A DNA stretch of 34,681 nucleotides. Origin: Sphaeroforma arctica JP610. Lineage: Eukaryota. Below the pieces are notes generated by a model, which saw only the letters and a program-made list of their open reading frames with translations, was not told where the DNA came from and did no database searches. Position numbers and translations under genes: made by a program. Of the stretch, positions 23,860 through 34,285 are shown one piece after another. The stretch is from assembly GCF_001186125.1 (NCBI RefSeq), contig NW_014040554.1:256970-291650 (forward strand), given 5' to 3'. How positions within the stretch are numbered: position 1 is the first letter of the stretch; every line of letters begins with the position of its first letter.

Positions 23860-23961
23860 CGAACCTGACAGTAGAATCTGACCCAGACTTGACCACCTCT
23901 TTATATGACCATTTTTTTTTTTACCAAAAACGGACATTGGTCATAGAAAGAGGTTTGACTG
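23860..23961 (+). mobile_element. Right terminus of a second pogo-like element (left TIR not found)
   Basis: ...acctctttatatgacca...tggtcatagaaagAGGTTTGACTG|TA. Its reverse complement aligns with 11485-11590. Confidence 0.8.
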
Positions 23962-25060
23962 TACATACATAGTAAATAAATACATATATATACCATAGCC
24001 GTCTAAATCGAACACATACACACAAGAATCGTTTTCTTATTCATTTAAAAAAAAACAAAATATGTTTTTCTAGAAGTTGTATTACCTTGCACTCAACGGG
24101 CCGATCATATTTAATCTAAAACAAAATAATAATTGGCCAATATTGTTCGTTAAACGTTTGTCGTTCAATCGTCATTTTCATACAACAAAACACGATAGCC
24201 TTCTATTTAAAATCTAAATCATTATACAAAAACTAGCAATTTTAAATTTTTTATCTACATCTTTCATCAACGAGTATTGAGCGATGAATACGTGACGTAC
24301 AAACAAGAAGTAGCGCAACAAGCGTCAAGCGGCAGAACTACATACAAATTTAAAAAAAAATAACGCCTTGGGCATAGCCCTCATAATATACAAGGGGCTT
24401 GGGTTCTATTTGATTTAAAAATAAAAATAAACAAATGTATAAATTGAAGAAAGTATTTTCTGAAAAGGTAAAGCATACAAATATTATTATCTTGTCAGTT
24501 GTGGATTGTGGCACTTGTGGGCCGTGGGCCGTGGGTGCTTCAAAAGTTCAAAGTTCATTATCAAACTGCACTGTGGAAATTGATAATTGATATCAATTAA
24601 AAATTATAAAAATAAAGAAAAATTATATTGATACATCAATCAATCATACAGTTGTTTAAAAAAATAAAAATATTGACATGGTCGTTGGACGTTGAATCGA
24701 CGTCGTTGACATGACATCAATTGATTCGATTCTCAAAATTAATGAACAAGAATCATCATAGCCTTCTGGAATAATAACTGGATTGAGTCTCCTGAAAAGT
24801 TGTAGGAGTATACTGTATAGACTAGAGAGTCATATTTTCGAGAGAGAGAGAATCATTTTTCGAGAGCGTAGACTCGCTCTATCCACTCTATAGCTAGATT
24901 ACAGCAGAGACTACTCTGAGAGAGCGCCATGAAATTCAAATAATGGTGGATATACCCTTGTGACAGTTGTCTTGTTTTGTTTAGGCTATGGTTAAAAAAC
25001 ACCTATTACAATTTTTTTTGTATTATTTATAAGAACATATATATAAATATTTATATGTAT

Positions 25061-25109
25061 ACACACACACCCCCACACCCACCTACCCACCCACCCACAC
25101 CCACACCCA

Positions 25110-25150
<41 letters not shown>

Positions 25151-25181
25151 CACACACACACACACCACCCACCACCCACCA

Positions 25182-25215
<34 letters not shown>

Positions 25216-25511
25216 NNNNNNNNNNNNNNNNNNNNNNNNNNNNNNNNNNNNNNNNNNNNNNNNNNNNNNNNNNNNNNNNNNNNNNNNNNNNNNNNNNNNN
25301 NNNNNNNNNNNNNNNNNNNNNNNNNNNNNNNNNNNNNNNNNNNNNNNNNNNNNNNNNNNNNNNNNNNNNNNNNNNNNNNNNNNNNNNNNNNNNNNNNNNN
25401 NNNNNNNNNNNNNNNNNNNNNNNNNNNNNNNNNNNNNNNNNNNNNNNNNNNNNNNNNNNNNNNNNNNNNNNNNNNNNNNNNNNNTATATATATATATATA
25501 TATATATATAT
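25061..25511. repeat. (CA)n/(CCCA)n and (TA)n microsatellites flanking a gap
   Basis: Direct inspection. Confidence 0.95.
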
Positions 25512-25586
25512 GATCTAAATAAATAAAATTAAATATAAGCATATAATAAACACGTGTGCATACACATATATACATATATATTCGAG

Positions 25587-28517
25587 ATGGGGGTTGTACA
25601 AAATGTTCTCGTTGCATTGGCTTCGACACAAATTACACAAATTACACTGGCAGCATCATTGCTATCCACAACGAATGTTGTAAATAGCACGAAGGCGATA
25701 GGTAATGCTACAGACAGCACTCAGACTGGTGTCCAAGCTATTGAAAACACAAACGATAATTGGACTAGTTCAGAAAACATAACGGCGAATGCGAATTCAA
25801 GGCCTGTTAATCAAATACTTGTGGAACAGCATAAATTGAACACGGGAAACCAGACTATTGAAAAGAATCAGACTGCCTCGACTGATTTTAACAATATCAC
25901 AGCCTCAAATGGCGCGGCGGGCAAATCTGACCAATTTAATACCACAATAGATAAAATTGGGGAGGATACTATGCTGACGGAGACCGACAATATCACAACG
26001 AACGGAAATGCTTCAGCCGTCACGAATATAGCAAATACAGCTGAATATATTCGACTGTCGGAAGTAAACTCAAAGTCTTTGGACTGGGTGGAGCTTTTCA
26101 ACCCCTCCAATTATAATATTAACCTGACAGGTGCATTCTTGATAGGAAGGAAGAGTAGTCAGATTTACAGCTTCAAGGGAGACTGTGGTGAGATCGGTGC
26201 TGGTATGTACATGCTTCTGGTGGATTCGGATACGACCAATACGGAATACAGTAACAAGGATTGTATGCTCGACTTTGGTATCAAATCCTCTGGCTCCTTA
26301 TCTTTGTTTGATATTGGCGGTAATCTGATGGACACTACATCATGGCAGGATACGGCCTATGTTTCAGGACACAGTTGGGCTAGAAACTCTGTAGGTCAGT
26401 GGCAAACAACTAGTACTCAAACACCTTTCTTTAAGAATATCTTCACTGACGAAATTACTATGCCAGCTGCAGTCGACTTGACGGCGGGTCTCGCTGATAG
26501 GAACCTGGCATATGTACAGAATCCACCATTTGGTTCGGTAACGAATGTCAATGTGTTTGTGCATGAATGGTCAAGCAGTTGCACTTGTAATCAGTTCCAA
26601 GAAGCGCATAACGACGAAAAATGCGGCTGTTCTTGGACAGACGTACAAGAGGACAGAACAGGCACGGATTTGAGGAAAATTGTTATGCCTTGTTCTGTGA
26701 GTATTGATGTCGACGGCGTTCCAGAATTCTGGTACAAAAACGTATTTGATGGTAATAGCACTGTCCTCCAACCTCACTTGGAGGAAAATTGTAATATTGC
26801 TGTCAGAGGTGGTTTTACACGACATGAAACGATTAAGAGTTACAACATCAAATTCAGCAAAACAACACTCCCAAGCACCTGGCGTGGGCTCGAACGTTTG
26901 AATATGGTAAAAACACCTTGGGAGGAGATGAACGGTGCATTGACAGCTACTTTGTTTGAGCAATTTTCGAAGATGAATGGTTTCGTCGGTATGCGCACCA
27001 CCGTAGCTAATTTAACCGTTACTGTGGTTGATCAAGATACCGGGAATGTTCTCAGAGTTGAGAATCAGGGTCGCTATGTACTTATGGAGAATTGGGACGA
27101 GGACGCTCTGGACCGACATGGTTTGGCGGCGAGAAACTCTAACGGAGATCGGGAAGATGCACATCTGTACAAGCTGAATTCATTTGATTTCACCTGGATT
27201 TCACCCGTTTACGACAATATGGCTCCGTTTGTAGATGAGACTGACGAAGTGGCTATGGCCGAGTTCGAGGTGCATCTGGAGGCAAAGGATAGCAAGAACA
27301 ACACCAAGCTGTACTATACCTTGATGGCTTTGAATCAAATGACCAACATATCCTTCGTTGATGCTATACACAAACACTTTGATTTGGAAAATTTGGCTCA
27401 GTGGTTAGCTGTGAATATTGCCTGTGGTGACAGTGATCATCAGGGAAAGAACCAGTACATCTACAGTTCGGAGGGTACAGACGTGTGGTACTTCACACCC
27501 TGGGATTACGATGCTTGCTGGGACGTGGTAATGGACAATGGCCCACCCTCAGTGAGTGTTAGTTTATACAATTCTCACTATCTGTTCAGGAATATAATGT
27601 TCTGGCCGGAACTGAGAGATAAGTTTTATCCTGCGTTGAAGGCCAAACTCACCGAGCTACGACAGGGGGTTTTTGAGCGATTCACCATCGAGCAACTGCT
27701 GACGAAGAATGCTGAGGTGATTGTGCCATTTATGCAGAAGGGACAGACCGATAGGGATTTGTTGTATCGTAAGCCGTACAACTACGAACCAACAGCCAAT
27801 CAAACATTCTCCCCATACATAAACAACGCAGACAAGTCCCCGCTTAACAACACAATGGGTCAATATGACTTTGTTATGGAGGCAATGGACAACTACACCA
27901 TGAGTGACCCGCCCCCTACTTGTTTTGGAGAGATTAAGGTGAGGACGATTGAATCTGAGGACACCCAGTTCAATATCCAGCTATGGCCTCTTTTCTCTCC
28001 GGTAGACCACAGGATGGATACCATCATCACATTTTACAAGAATCATCCTGACTTCAATACATACGGTAACGGCGATGAAGAGCACACGATCTTCGACTAC
28101 CGTTTCTGGGCTCCGCCGTATGAGGATATTGTATACGATCACTACGTTTCACAGAGTATCAGCAATAGTACTGAGATGAACGTTCAGATGAAGGTGCCTA
28201 TTGAATGTGCCAAGGTGTGGGAGTGCAGAGATGATTCTTGTCATATAACTGTCCACACCGTTGATCTCGAGACGGGTATGCAATCTGCCTACGCGCACTA
28301 CAACTCGGTCATCCAATTCATGGGCGATGATAGCAACTGTGACTGGAGCCTTTACGATCAGGATGGGGAATCGGATGATGAAGAAAACGACTCAGAAGAC
28401 TTAGAGGAAGACGCCGATGATTCAAATGAGGATTCAAAAGATTCAAATGAAGGGTCAGATGACGAAACTCCTGACGATGAACAATCCGAAGAGGTAGGAG
28501 ACTCCGACGAGCAATAA
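25587..28517 (+). CDS. cotH: Secreted CotH-family protein kinase with lamin-tail domain, N/T-rich linker and acidic tail (976 aa, single exon as seen)
   Basis: First ATG at 25587, then a hydrophobic leader. LTD: IRLSEVNSKSLDWVELFNPS..INLTG...LSLFD...GHSWAR...TP. CotH motifs: IAVRGGFTR, KSYNIKF, GRYVLMEN, LYK, FDLENLAQWLAVN...DSDHQGKNQYIY, WYFTPWDYD. An upstream exon in the gap cannot be excluded. Confidence 0.92.
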   Translation: MGVVQNVLVALASTQITQITLAASLLSTTNVVNSTKAIGNATDSTQTGVQAIENTNDNWTSSENITANANSRPVNQILVEQHKLNTGNQTIEKNQTASTDFNNITASNGAAGKSDQFNTTIDKIGEDTMLTETDNITTNGNASAVTNIANTAEYIRLSEVNSKSLDWVELFNPSNYNINLTGAFLIGRKSSQIYSFKGDCGEIGAGMYMLLVDSDTTNTEYSNKDCMLDFGIKSSGSLSLFDIGGNLMDTTSWQDTAYVSGHSWARNSVGQWQTTSTQTPFFKNIFTDEITMPAAVDLTAGLADRNLAYVQNPPFGSVTNVNVFVHEWSSSCTCNQFQEAHNDEKCGCSWTDVQEDRTGTDLRKIVMPCSVSIDVDGVPEFWYKNVFDGNSTVLQPHLEENCNIAVRGGFTRHETIKSYNIKFSKTTLPSTWRGLERLNMVKTPWEEMNGALTATLFEQFSKMNGFVGMRTTVANLTVTVVDQDTGNVLRVENQGRYVLMENWDEDALDRHGLAARNSNGDREDAHLYKLNSFDFTWISPVYDNMAPFVDETDEVAMAEFEVHLEAKDSKNNTKLYYTLMALNQMTNISFVDAIHKHFDLENLAQWLAVNIACGDSDHQGKNQYIYSSEGTDVWYFTPWDYDACWDVVMDNGPPSVSVSLYNSHYLFRNIMFWPELRDKFYPALKAKLTELRQGVFERFTIEQLLTKNAEVIVPFMQKGQTDRDLLYRKPYNYEPTANQTFSPYINNADKSPLNNTMGQYDFVMEAMDNYTMSDPPPTCFGEIKVRTIESEDTQFNIQLWPLFSPVDHRMDTIITFYKNHPDFNTYGNGDEEHTIFDYRFWAPPYEDIVYDHYVSQSISNSTEMNVQMKVPIECAKVWECRDDSCHITVHTVDLETGMQSAYAHYNSVIQFMGDDSNCDWSLYDQDGESDDEENDSEDLEEDADDSNEDSKDSNEGSDDETPDDEQSEEVGDSDEQ

Positions 28518-29124
28518 CATCAGGTGACGGGGAAGTGACAAGAGGTGAGGAAAGCAAGACGAATCAACAGATGGACAGCTGAATTAAGGTCATACTTATG
28601 GAATTAAAAGCAGAAATTAGTATCAAGATCTGAGTTTAGTGCAGGAATGTAGTATCGGATGCATTAACGTGGTACGCGATATAGGCTATAACTGTTTTGC
28701 CTTTTAGGGTCTAGGGTTGGAGGTAAGAGTTGTGGGCTATAACTGTTTTGCCTTGCATGCGTTGTCAAATAGAATGCGCCAGTGCATTGCGCAGAGATTT
28801 GCTGTCGTGCGTGACTTAGCAATTACAGTCCACAAAGCAGACCTTGTTTCCAGCTGATCTCAACTCTTTGAATATCCTTGTTCCGCATAATTGTGTCGAG
28901 TTCTGGTGCAGTCGCACTGTCGCAGGCCTGAGCCCGTCCGTCGAGGTGACTAATAACTACTTCAGATGAGCAACAACTGAATTCCAACAGGTTTGAACTC
29001 TGCATGCCACACTCCACATCCCCTGCTGTATCGTACGTATACAATTAGAGCACAATCCAATCCTCTCCGAAGATAAAGATAAGTGCAAAACAGCCCATTG
29101 AGTGAGTGAGTGAGAAACAAGCCT

Positions 29125-29516
29125 TTATTGGAGCCGTGAATAGTGACTGTAGCTCTTAGTACTGAATGACGGCGACGTGGCGCCGGCAGTAACTCTGCCG
29201 AGCAACGAAGGCGAGTCCGTAATATCGATGTCCTCCTCACTTTCTTCAGCCCCCACTTCTCTGAGTGACCGGTTATAGGCTGCTTGCTGGTGTGGTGAAT
29301 TGGTGCTAGTCTGGCCCAAAGTCGTGATATTTCCCTGGCGGTCACCAGTACGAGAGTCAACATGTGTGTACGGTGTTGTATGGCCGACTACAACAGGGGA
29401 GTGTTTGTCGATTGTACTGTGAATGTGGTGTGTAGGCAGGCTGTGGTTGTGGGGTTGTGAACACCGTTGTGATGAGAAGGACATCCGGGAGAGGCCAGAC
29501 GTCACGAGCTCCTCCA
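29125..29516 (-). CDS. SH3BP5-like gene, terminal exon (S/T-rich disordered tail)
   Basis: Branch-point-like cctaac, then tattgcag| acceptor. Phase 1 matches the previous exon and the frame is open to TAA at 29125. Confidence 0.65.
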
Positions 29517-29816
29517 CTGCAATATACGAATGGTTAGGAATTGAGTTCAGTCAACTGGCAAGTAACCTATTGATTAAAAAGGCTTGGAAACCAGAAGTGG
29601 ATCCAACCTACATACGCATTTATCACCCAATGCACCAATACGAAGTGAGGTACGGCTAGCAATGCAATGGTTTGATTCGTCCCTATTCATAGGCCAATCG
29701 ATGCGAGAAGCAGGAGGGGACAGTGCCTCAATAACGCGCGATTTTTCGACGATACACAAATATTTTTTACTCGAATACTTGCACACGAACCAAAATAGGA
29801 CACCACTAACTCATAC

Positions 29817-29905
29817 CGGCAGAGGTGGGTGTAGGGGAGTTCAGATCCTCTCGGCGTTTGTGGCTCATGTTTTGCAGTGCTTGAAGACACTGCGCAACCT
29901 TCAAC
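29817..29905 (-). CDS. SH3BP5-like gene, exon (RLKVAQCLQALQNMSHKRREDLNSPTPTSA)
   Basis: gtctcag| ... |gtatga; phase 2 to 1; aligns to the SH3BP5 ALKNLEMISDEIH helix. Confidence 0.75.
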
Positions 29906-30529
29906 CTGAGACGTACACCGGATAAGGGAGCCACGGACAGGAGTTATTATTTGTATGAAGAATTCGTACTCATGTGCTTGGTATGCCCACACGTCGCTCG
30001 ATAGGGCGCGATGATAGACAGCCCTATAAACTACCAGTTGGACTGAGCTAAAGATATACACGCGTGTCCCAACGACACACTATAAACGCCCGAGCTCGTA
30101 TCTATACACAATAGTCTATGCACAGCCCACATATGAAATATAAGGCATCAACAGACACACATCCCCACTGAAGTGAAGTGCAGTACTACTTCTCCGGGCG
30201 CTGTACTATAAACCTTGCGTGTGTGATGTCAGAGTTTGGTGCCGTTTTGCACCCGTGTCCTCTATTTTAGGGCAGGGCCGACAAGAAGTGGACACGCAAC
30301 ACAACGCTTCTGTATAACAATTGCGCCTGACGCGCTAGCATATCCGATAGCCCAGCACTGCCGCTCAACAGACTACACAGTGGGAACACTCTACGCAGCA
30401 CAGACGCACCTTTGGGGGTGAGAGAATAGGCCACTGCCCACGAAGTTACACAGGTGAGACACCGATAACCAAAGACACTTGCAGCAAGGTATAGCAGCAT
30501 ACCTACATACGCGTAGTGGGCTAGGCACG

Positions 30530-31011
30530 GACTACGGGTACATGAGTGTACACAGCAGCAAAACAACCCTTACGTATGTGTTTAGACCATCACAATTTGG
30601 CATGAAATAGCAACGGATTACGGGTACATAAGTGTACACAGGAACAAAACAACCCTTACGCATGTGTTTAGACCATCACAATTTGGCATGACATACACTA
30701 GCACACCTCAAGCAACGGATTACGGGTACATAAGTGTACACAGGAACAAAACAACCCTTACGCATGTGTTTAGACCATCACAATTTGGCATGACATACAC
30801 TAGCACACCTCAAGCAACGGATTACGGGTACATAAGTGTACACAGTAACAAAACAACCCTTACGCATGTGTTTAGACCATCACAATTTGGCATGAAATAC
30901 ACTTAACACCTTAAGCAACGGATTACGGGTACATAAGAGTACGCAGAAACACATACAACCCTTATGCATGTGTTTAGACCATCACAATTGGCATGAAATA
31001 CACTAGCACAC
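30530..31011. repeat. 102-bp intronic minisatellite, ~4.5-5 copies
   Basis: Unit ...aaaacaacccttacgcatgtgtttagaccatcacaatttggcatg...gcaacggattacgggtacataagtgtacacag; period 30641 to 30743. Confidence 0.95.
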
Positions 31012-31125
31012 CTGGCGCGGGTATCTTCGTGTACTTTTCGGTCCAATTCTCTTTGGGCAGCATCTATTTGCGACAGTATTTTATCTCGAGTGTCGTAGTA
31101 TATCTGCGCTTTATCAATCGAACCC
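31012..31125 (-). CDS. SH3BP5-like gene, exon (GSIDKAQIYYDTRDKILSQIDAAQRELDRKVHEDTRA)
   Basis: cttctccag| ... |gtgtgc; phase 2 to 2; SIDKAQIYY resembles AINKSKPYF. Confidence 0.8.
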
Positions 31126-31565
31126 CTGGAGAAGAGTAGGTAGATTCAAATCAATAGATGCCTACATGCCAGTCAAGGCATACCGATTAAACACGTACAC
31201 AGCCACACAGTTTACTTACAGGTCTTACCTGCAACTCATACCTATACCTACAGGTCTTTAACACGTACACAGCCACACAGTCCTATGGGTCATTCTTTGT
31301 GTTTAACGACCGGCCTGGTGACGAAGGCTGGAAATCCAGGCGGCGAGTGTATGTACATACACGACAATCTCAATTCAATCTCACTTGCGCAAGCGGTTTA
31401 ATCTTGCACCCTAGAGGGCTGGTTATAAACCAAGTTACAGCCGCACAGTTGCTGTTGCACGGACTAGCACAGGCAACAGTACATCGTAAACTTGCGGAAG
31501 AACCATTATTCCCAAAGCACGTCTGACATCACCAAGACCCGACCCCCCCCCCTCCCTACACACAC

Positions 31566-31906
31566 CTGTCCGTAATGCGGATGCTTTCACACAGCTCGAT
31601 CTCCTTCTTTGCCTTCTTGTAGGCCAGTTTCACCTCCACATCGACCCGCTGCAGCTCCATCTTACACTCCTGCACACACATGGCCGCGTTGTTGAGGGCA
31701 TCCTGTACCTGTAGGTCTATCACCACACTCACTCCCTTGCTCTGCTTGCCACTAGCGCCCTTGGCCATATTCCCCACAAGCTCCTTCTCGAGCTGTTTCT
31801 CGCACAGGTGTTGTTCGGTGCGTGCTTTCTCGTACGCAGTGATTACCTTCTGCAGCTGCATGTCGGCCATCTCCGCTGCGTCCTTGGCATCTACTGCACT
31901 TTGTTC
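31566..31906 (-). CDS. SH3BP5-like gene, coiled-coil exon (EQSAVDAK...ESIRITD)
   Basis: cattctccag| ... |gtgtgt; phase 0 to 2; IDLQVQDALNNAAMCVQE resembles FDSAWQEMLNHATQRVME. Confidence 0.85.
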
Positions 31907-32126
31907 CTGGAGAATGGATAAACAGGCGATAAGAAAAACAACATTTGGGTGAAGAAGGATGGATGCATGGTAGTAAAAATGGTGTACGGATGGAGGAAGA
32001 TGGCCGGAGATAGCAAGAATTGTATTCAGGTGCAGAATGTGTGAAGAATGAAGAGTCGACAATAGATTCACCGACACGACGATTGATGGATGATAGGGAT
32101 ACTGCGTATGGTATGTGCGTCCGCAC

Positions 32127-32260
32127 ACAAGTGGTGAAGGTGTGATAAAACTCAGGCAGTGGAATATGATATCCATACGACTGAGTGTACAAGTGGTGAA
32201 GGTGTGATAAAACTCAGGCAATGGGATATGATATCCATACGACTGAGCATACAAGTGGTG
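32127..32260. repeat. 62-bp tandem repeat (~2.2 copies), intronic
   Basis: caagtggtg at 32128, 32190 and 32252. Confidence 0.9.
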
Positions 32261-32338
32261 GGGTTGATACTGACGACGATAGTGTGTAAACGTCACAGGG
32301 TGCAACAGGCCATGTCACTTGGCGCCGGTCAAAAGGTT

Positions 32339-32565
32339 AACTACTCAGGTTAACCTTTCCCAGCTAACAGAGACACCAGTAAACGACTGACGGAGTGCAC
32401 CATACACCCATCGAGCAAGTGATTGGATTCTATTTATAGCCAGATTGAAAGAGTGAACTATTCAGGTCAACCTTCCCTAGCTGACAGAGACACCAGCAAA
32501 CGAGTGACGGAGTGCCCCATACACCCATCGAGTAAGTGATTGGATTCTATTTATAGCCAGATTGA
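32339..32565. repeat. ~117-bp tandem duplication, intronic
   Basis: aacta(c/t)tcaggt...acagagacaccag...gattggattctatttatagccagattga present twice. Confidence 0.9.
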
Positions 32566-32894
32566 GTTGAGAGTAGACGTCCGGGACATCCGGCAGGTCA
32601 ATTGGTTCGATGAATACGCGACAACTAATCTACTGGGAGTGCGGCAGCCGATAGTGCGGCAGCCGAGGCTAAGGATTACATACGCATTGCTGCCTGGGGG
32701 ACAGGCAGGTTTATAGTACGGTTGCGGGTGGATAATGATTCGCCACACCACTCGTACACAAGCACGTAAGCGCTGGTCCATATACGTTTATACGTTCTTT
32801 CACTGCACATGTCTGATTCCCGCACGTGTAGTATGGATACGTTCGTTTGTATGCCTCTAGATGTATACACAAATGACACTCTCAAAGGGGTTTG

Positions 32895-32928
<34 letters not shown>

Positions 32929-32987
32929 GTGTGTGTGGGTACTTCTTGCACTCTCTATCTCTACGACCGTTTGTGAATCCAGTGTAC

Positions 32988-33067
32988 CTGTTTGAAGTAC
33001 GTCTTTGCTCTCTCAATGGCCTTCAACATGCCAAGACGACCCTCCACATACCGAAGGTTCACGTCAC
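32988..33067 (-). CDS. SH3BP5-like gene, exon (DVNLRYVEGRLGMLKAIERAKTYFKQ)
   Basis: ttcttcgtgcag| ... |gtacac; phase 1 to 0; KAIERAKTYF resembles KAVEDSKPYW. Confidence 0.8.
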
Positions 33068-33159
33068 CTGCACGAAGAATAAATGAATGTCAATGGAACA
33101 GTGAGATGAGGCTAAGAGTGATCGCTACTTCCGGTGCAAGTCAGCTGTAAGTACAAATC

Positions 33160-33368
33160 AGCTGTAAGTACGGATATACGCAAACAAGGACAACGATACA
33201 GACGCAATATATACACAGCAAAGTAGCAAGACAAGAGTAGATTGTAGGTTCACAATGCTTGTGGGAATTAGCTGTAAGCACGGATATATGAAGACATAAA
33301 GACAGCCATCCAGGATAAACGACAAGCAGCAAACTAGCAAGACAAGAGTAGATAGTAGCTTCACAAAT
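33160..33368. repeat. Diverged ~110-bp duplication, intronic
   Basis: agctgtaag(t/c)acggatata...tagcaagacaagagtagat.gtag.ttcacaa present twice. Confidence 0.75.
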
Positions 33369-33377
33369 GAGAACGTA

Positions 33378-33937
33378 TACATACATAGGTAAATATAGAC
33401 ACAGAGGTACATATACATATAGGTACATATAGACACAGAGGTACATATACATACAGAGGTACATATACACACAGAGGTACATATACATACAGAGGTACAT
33501 ATAGACACAAAGGTACATATACATACAGAGGTACATATAGACACAGAGGTACATATACACACAGAGGTACATATACATACAGAGGTACATATACATACAG
33601 AGGTAAATATAGACACAGAGGTACATATACGTACAGAGGTACATATACATACATAGGTACATATACATACATAGGTACATATAAATACAGAGGTACATAT
33701 AGACACAGAGGTACATATACATACAGAGGTACATATACATACAGAGGTACATATAGACACAGATGTACATATACATACAGAGGTACATATACATAGATAG
33801 GTACATATACATACAGAGGTACATAAACATAGATAGGTACATATACATACAGAGGTACGTATACATACAGAGGTACGTATACATACAGAGGTACATATAC
33901 ATACATAGGTACATATAGACACAGAGGTACATATACA
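33378..33937. repeat. 18-bp minisatellite (acatatacatacagaggt), ~31 copies, intronic
   Basis: Direct inspection. It explains the MYLC, CTSV and YVPL pseudo-ORFs. Confidence 0.95.
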
Positions 33938-34285
33938 AAACACAGACTTATCCGCGCACGAATATACCAGCGAAGTGGTTGTAGTCTTTAAAACCCTGAA
34001 ACCCTAAAGTCTCTATCATATGTCATATGTCACAATGTGGTTGATCCCACATATACCCGTATATAAGTTTCTCCTTCCAACCAGAGCGAAGTAAGCAACA
34101 AAGAAGCGATTCGACCTGACACTGTACACGAACCACTCCACACAGACACGTGGCTGTGAGGCAAAGGCTTCTCTGTCTACTTTCTTATCCAAACCAAACA
34201 TACATATACACAGAACACACGCTGGAAGACTACTCACACACGGTTGCATGCACATCTACCGGAGCCTCGAACACAGCAGTCGCAC

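Noticed and set aside
7500..25000. Fanzor/TnpB, Polinton or endogenous viral genes in the TE island
   Set aside because: No RuvC-like, DNA polymerase B, ATPase or capsid motifs were recognisable in any called frame. The gaps cannot be assessed.
28823..29044. Possible additional minus-strand exon
   Set aside because: It lies beyond the stop at 29125 and no compatible donor was identified; likely 3' UTR.
29423..29925. Plus-strand ORFs with EWLGIEF, superficially like a DIRS reverse transcriptase
   Set aside because: No YxDD, RNase H or recombinase motifs. The segment is better explained as antisense of SH3BP5-like exons, branch point and acceptor.
30530..31011. CRISPR-like or repeat-protein reading of the 102-bp array (ORF 30664-30906)
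   Set aside because: Units are contiguous and near-identical with no unique spacers, there are no cas genes, and the array lies in an intron on the opposite strand.
31907..32305. N-terminal part of ORF 31556-32305
   Set aside because: Intronic: includes the 62-bp repeat and pyrimidine tract, and the coding signal starts at the acceptor at 31907.
33141..33943. Long ORFs in all three minus frames (MYLC, CTSV, YVPL repeats)
   Set aside because: By-product of a stop-free 18-bp minisatellite in an intron.
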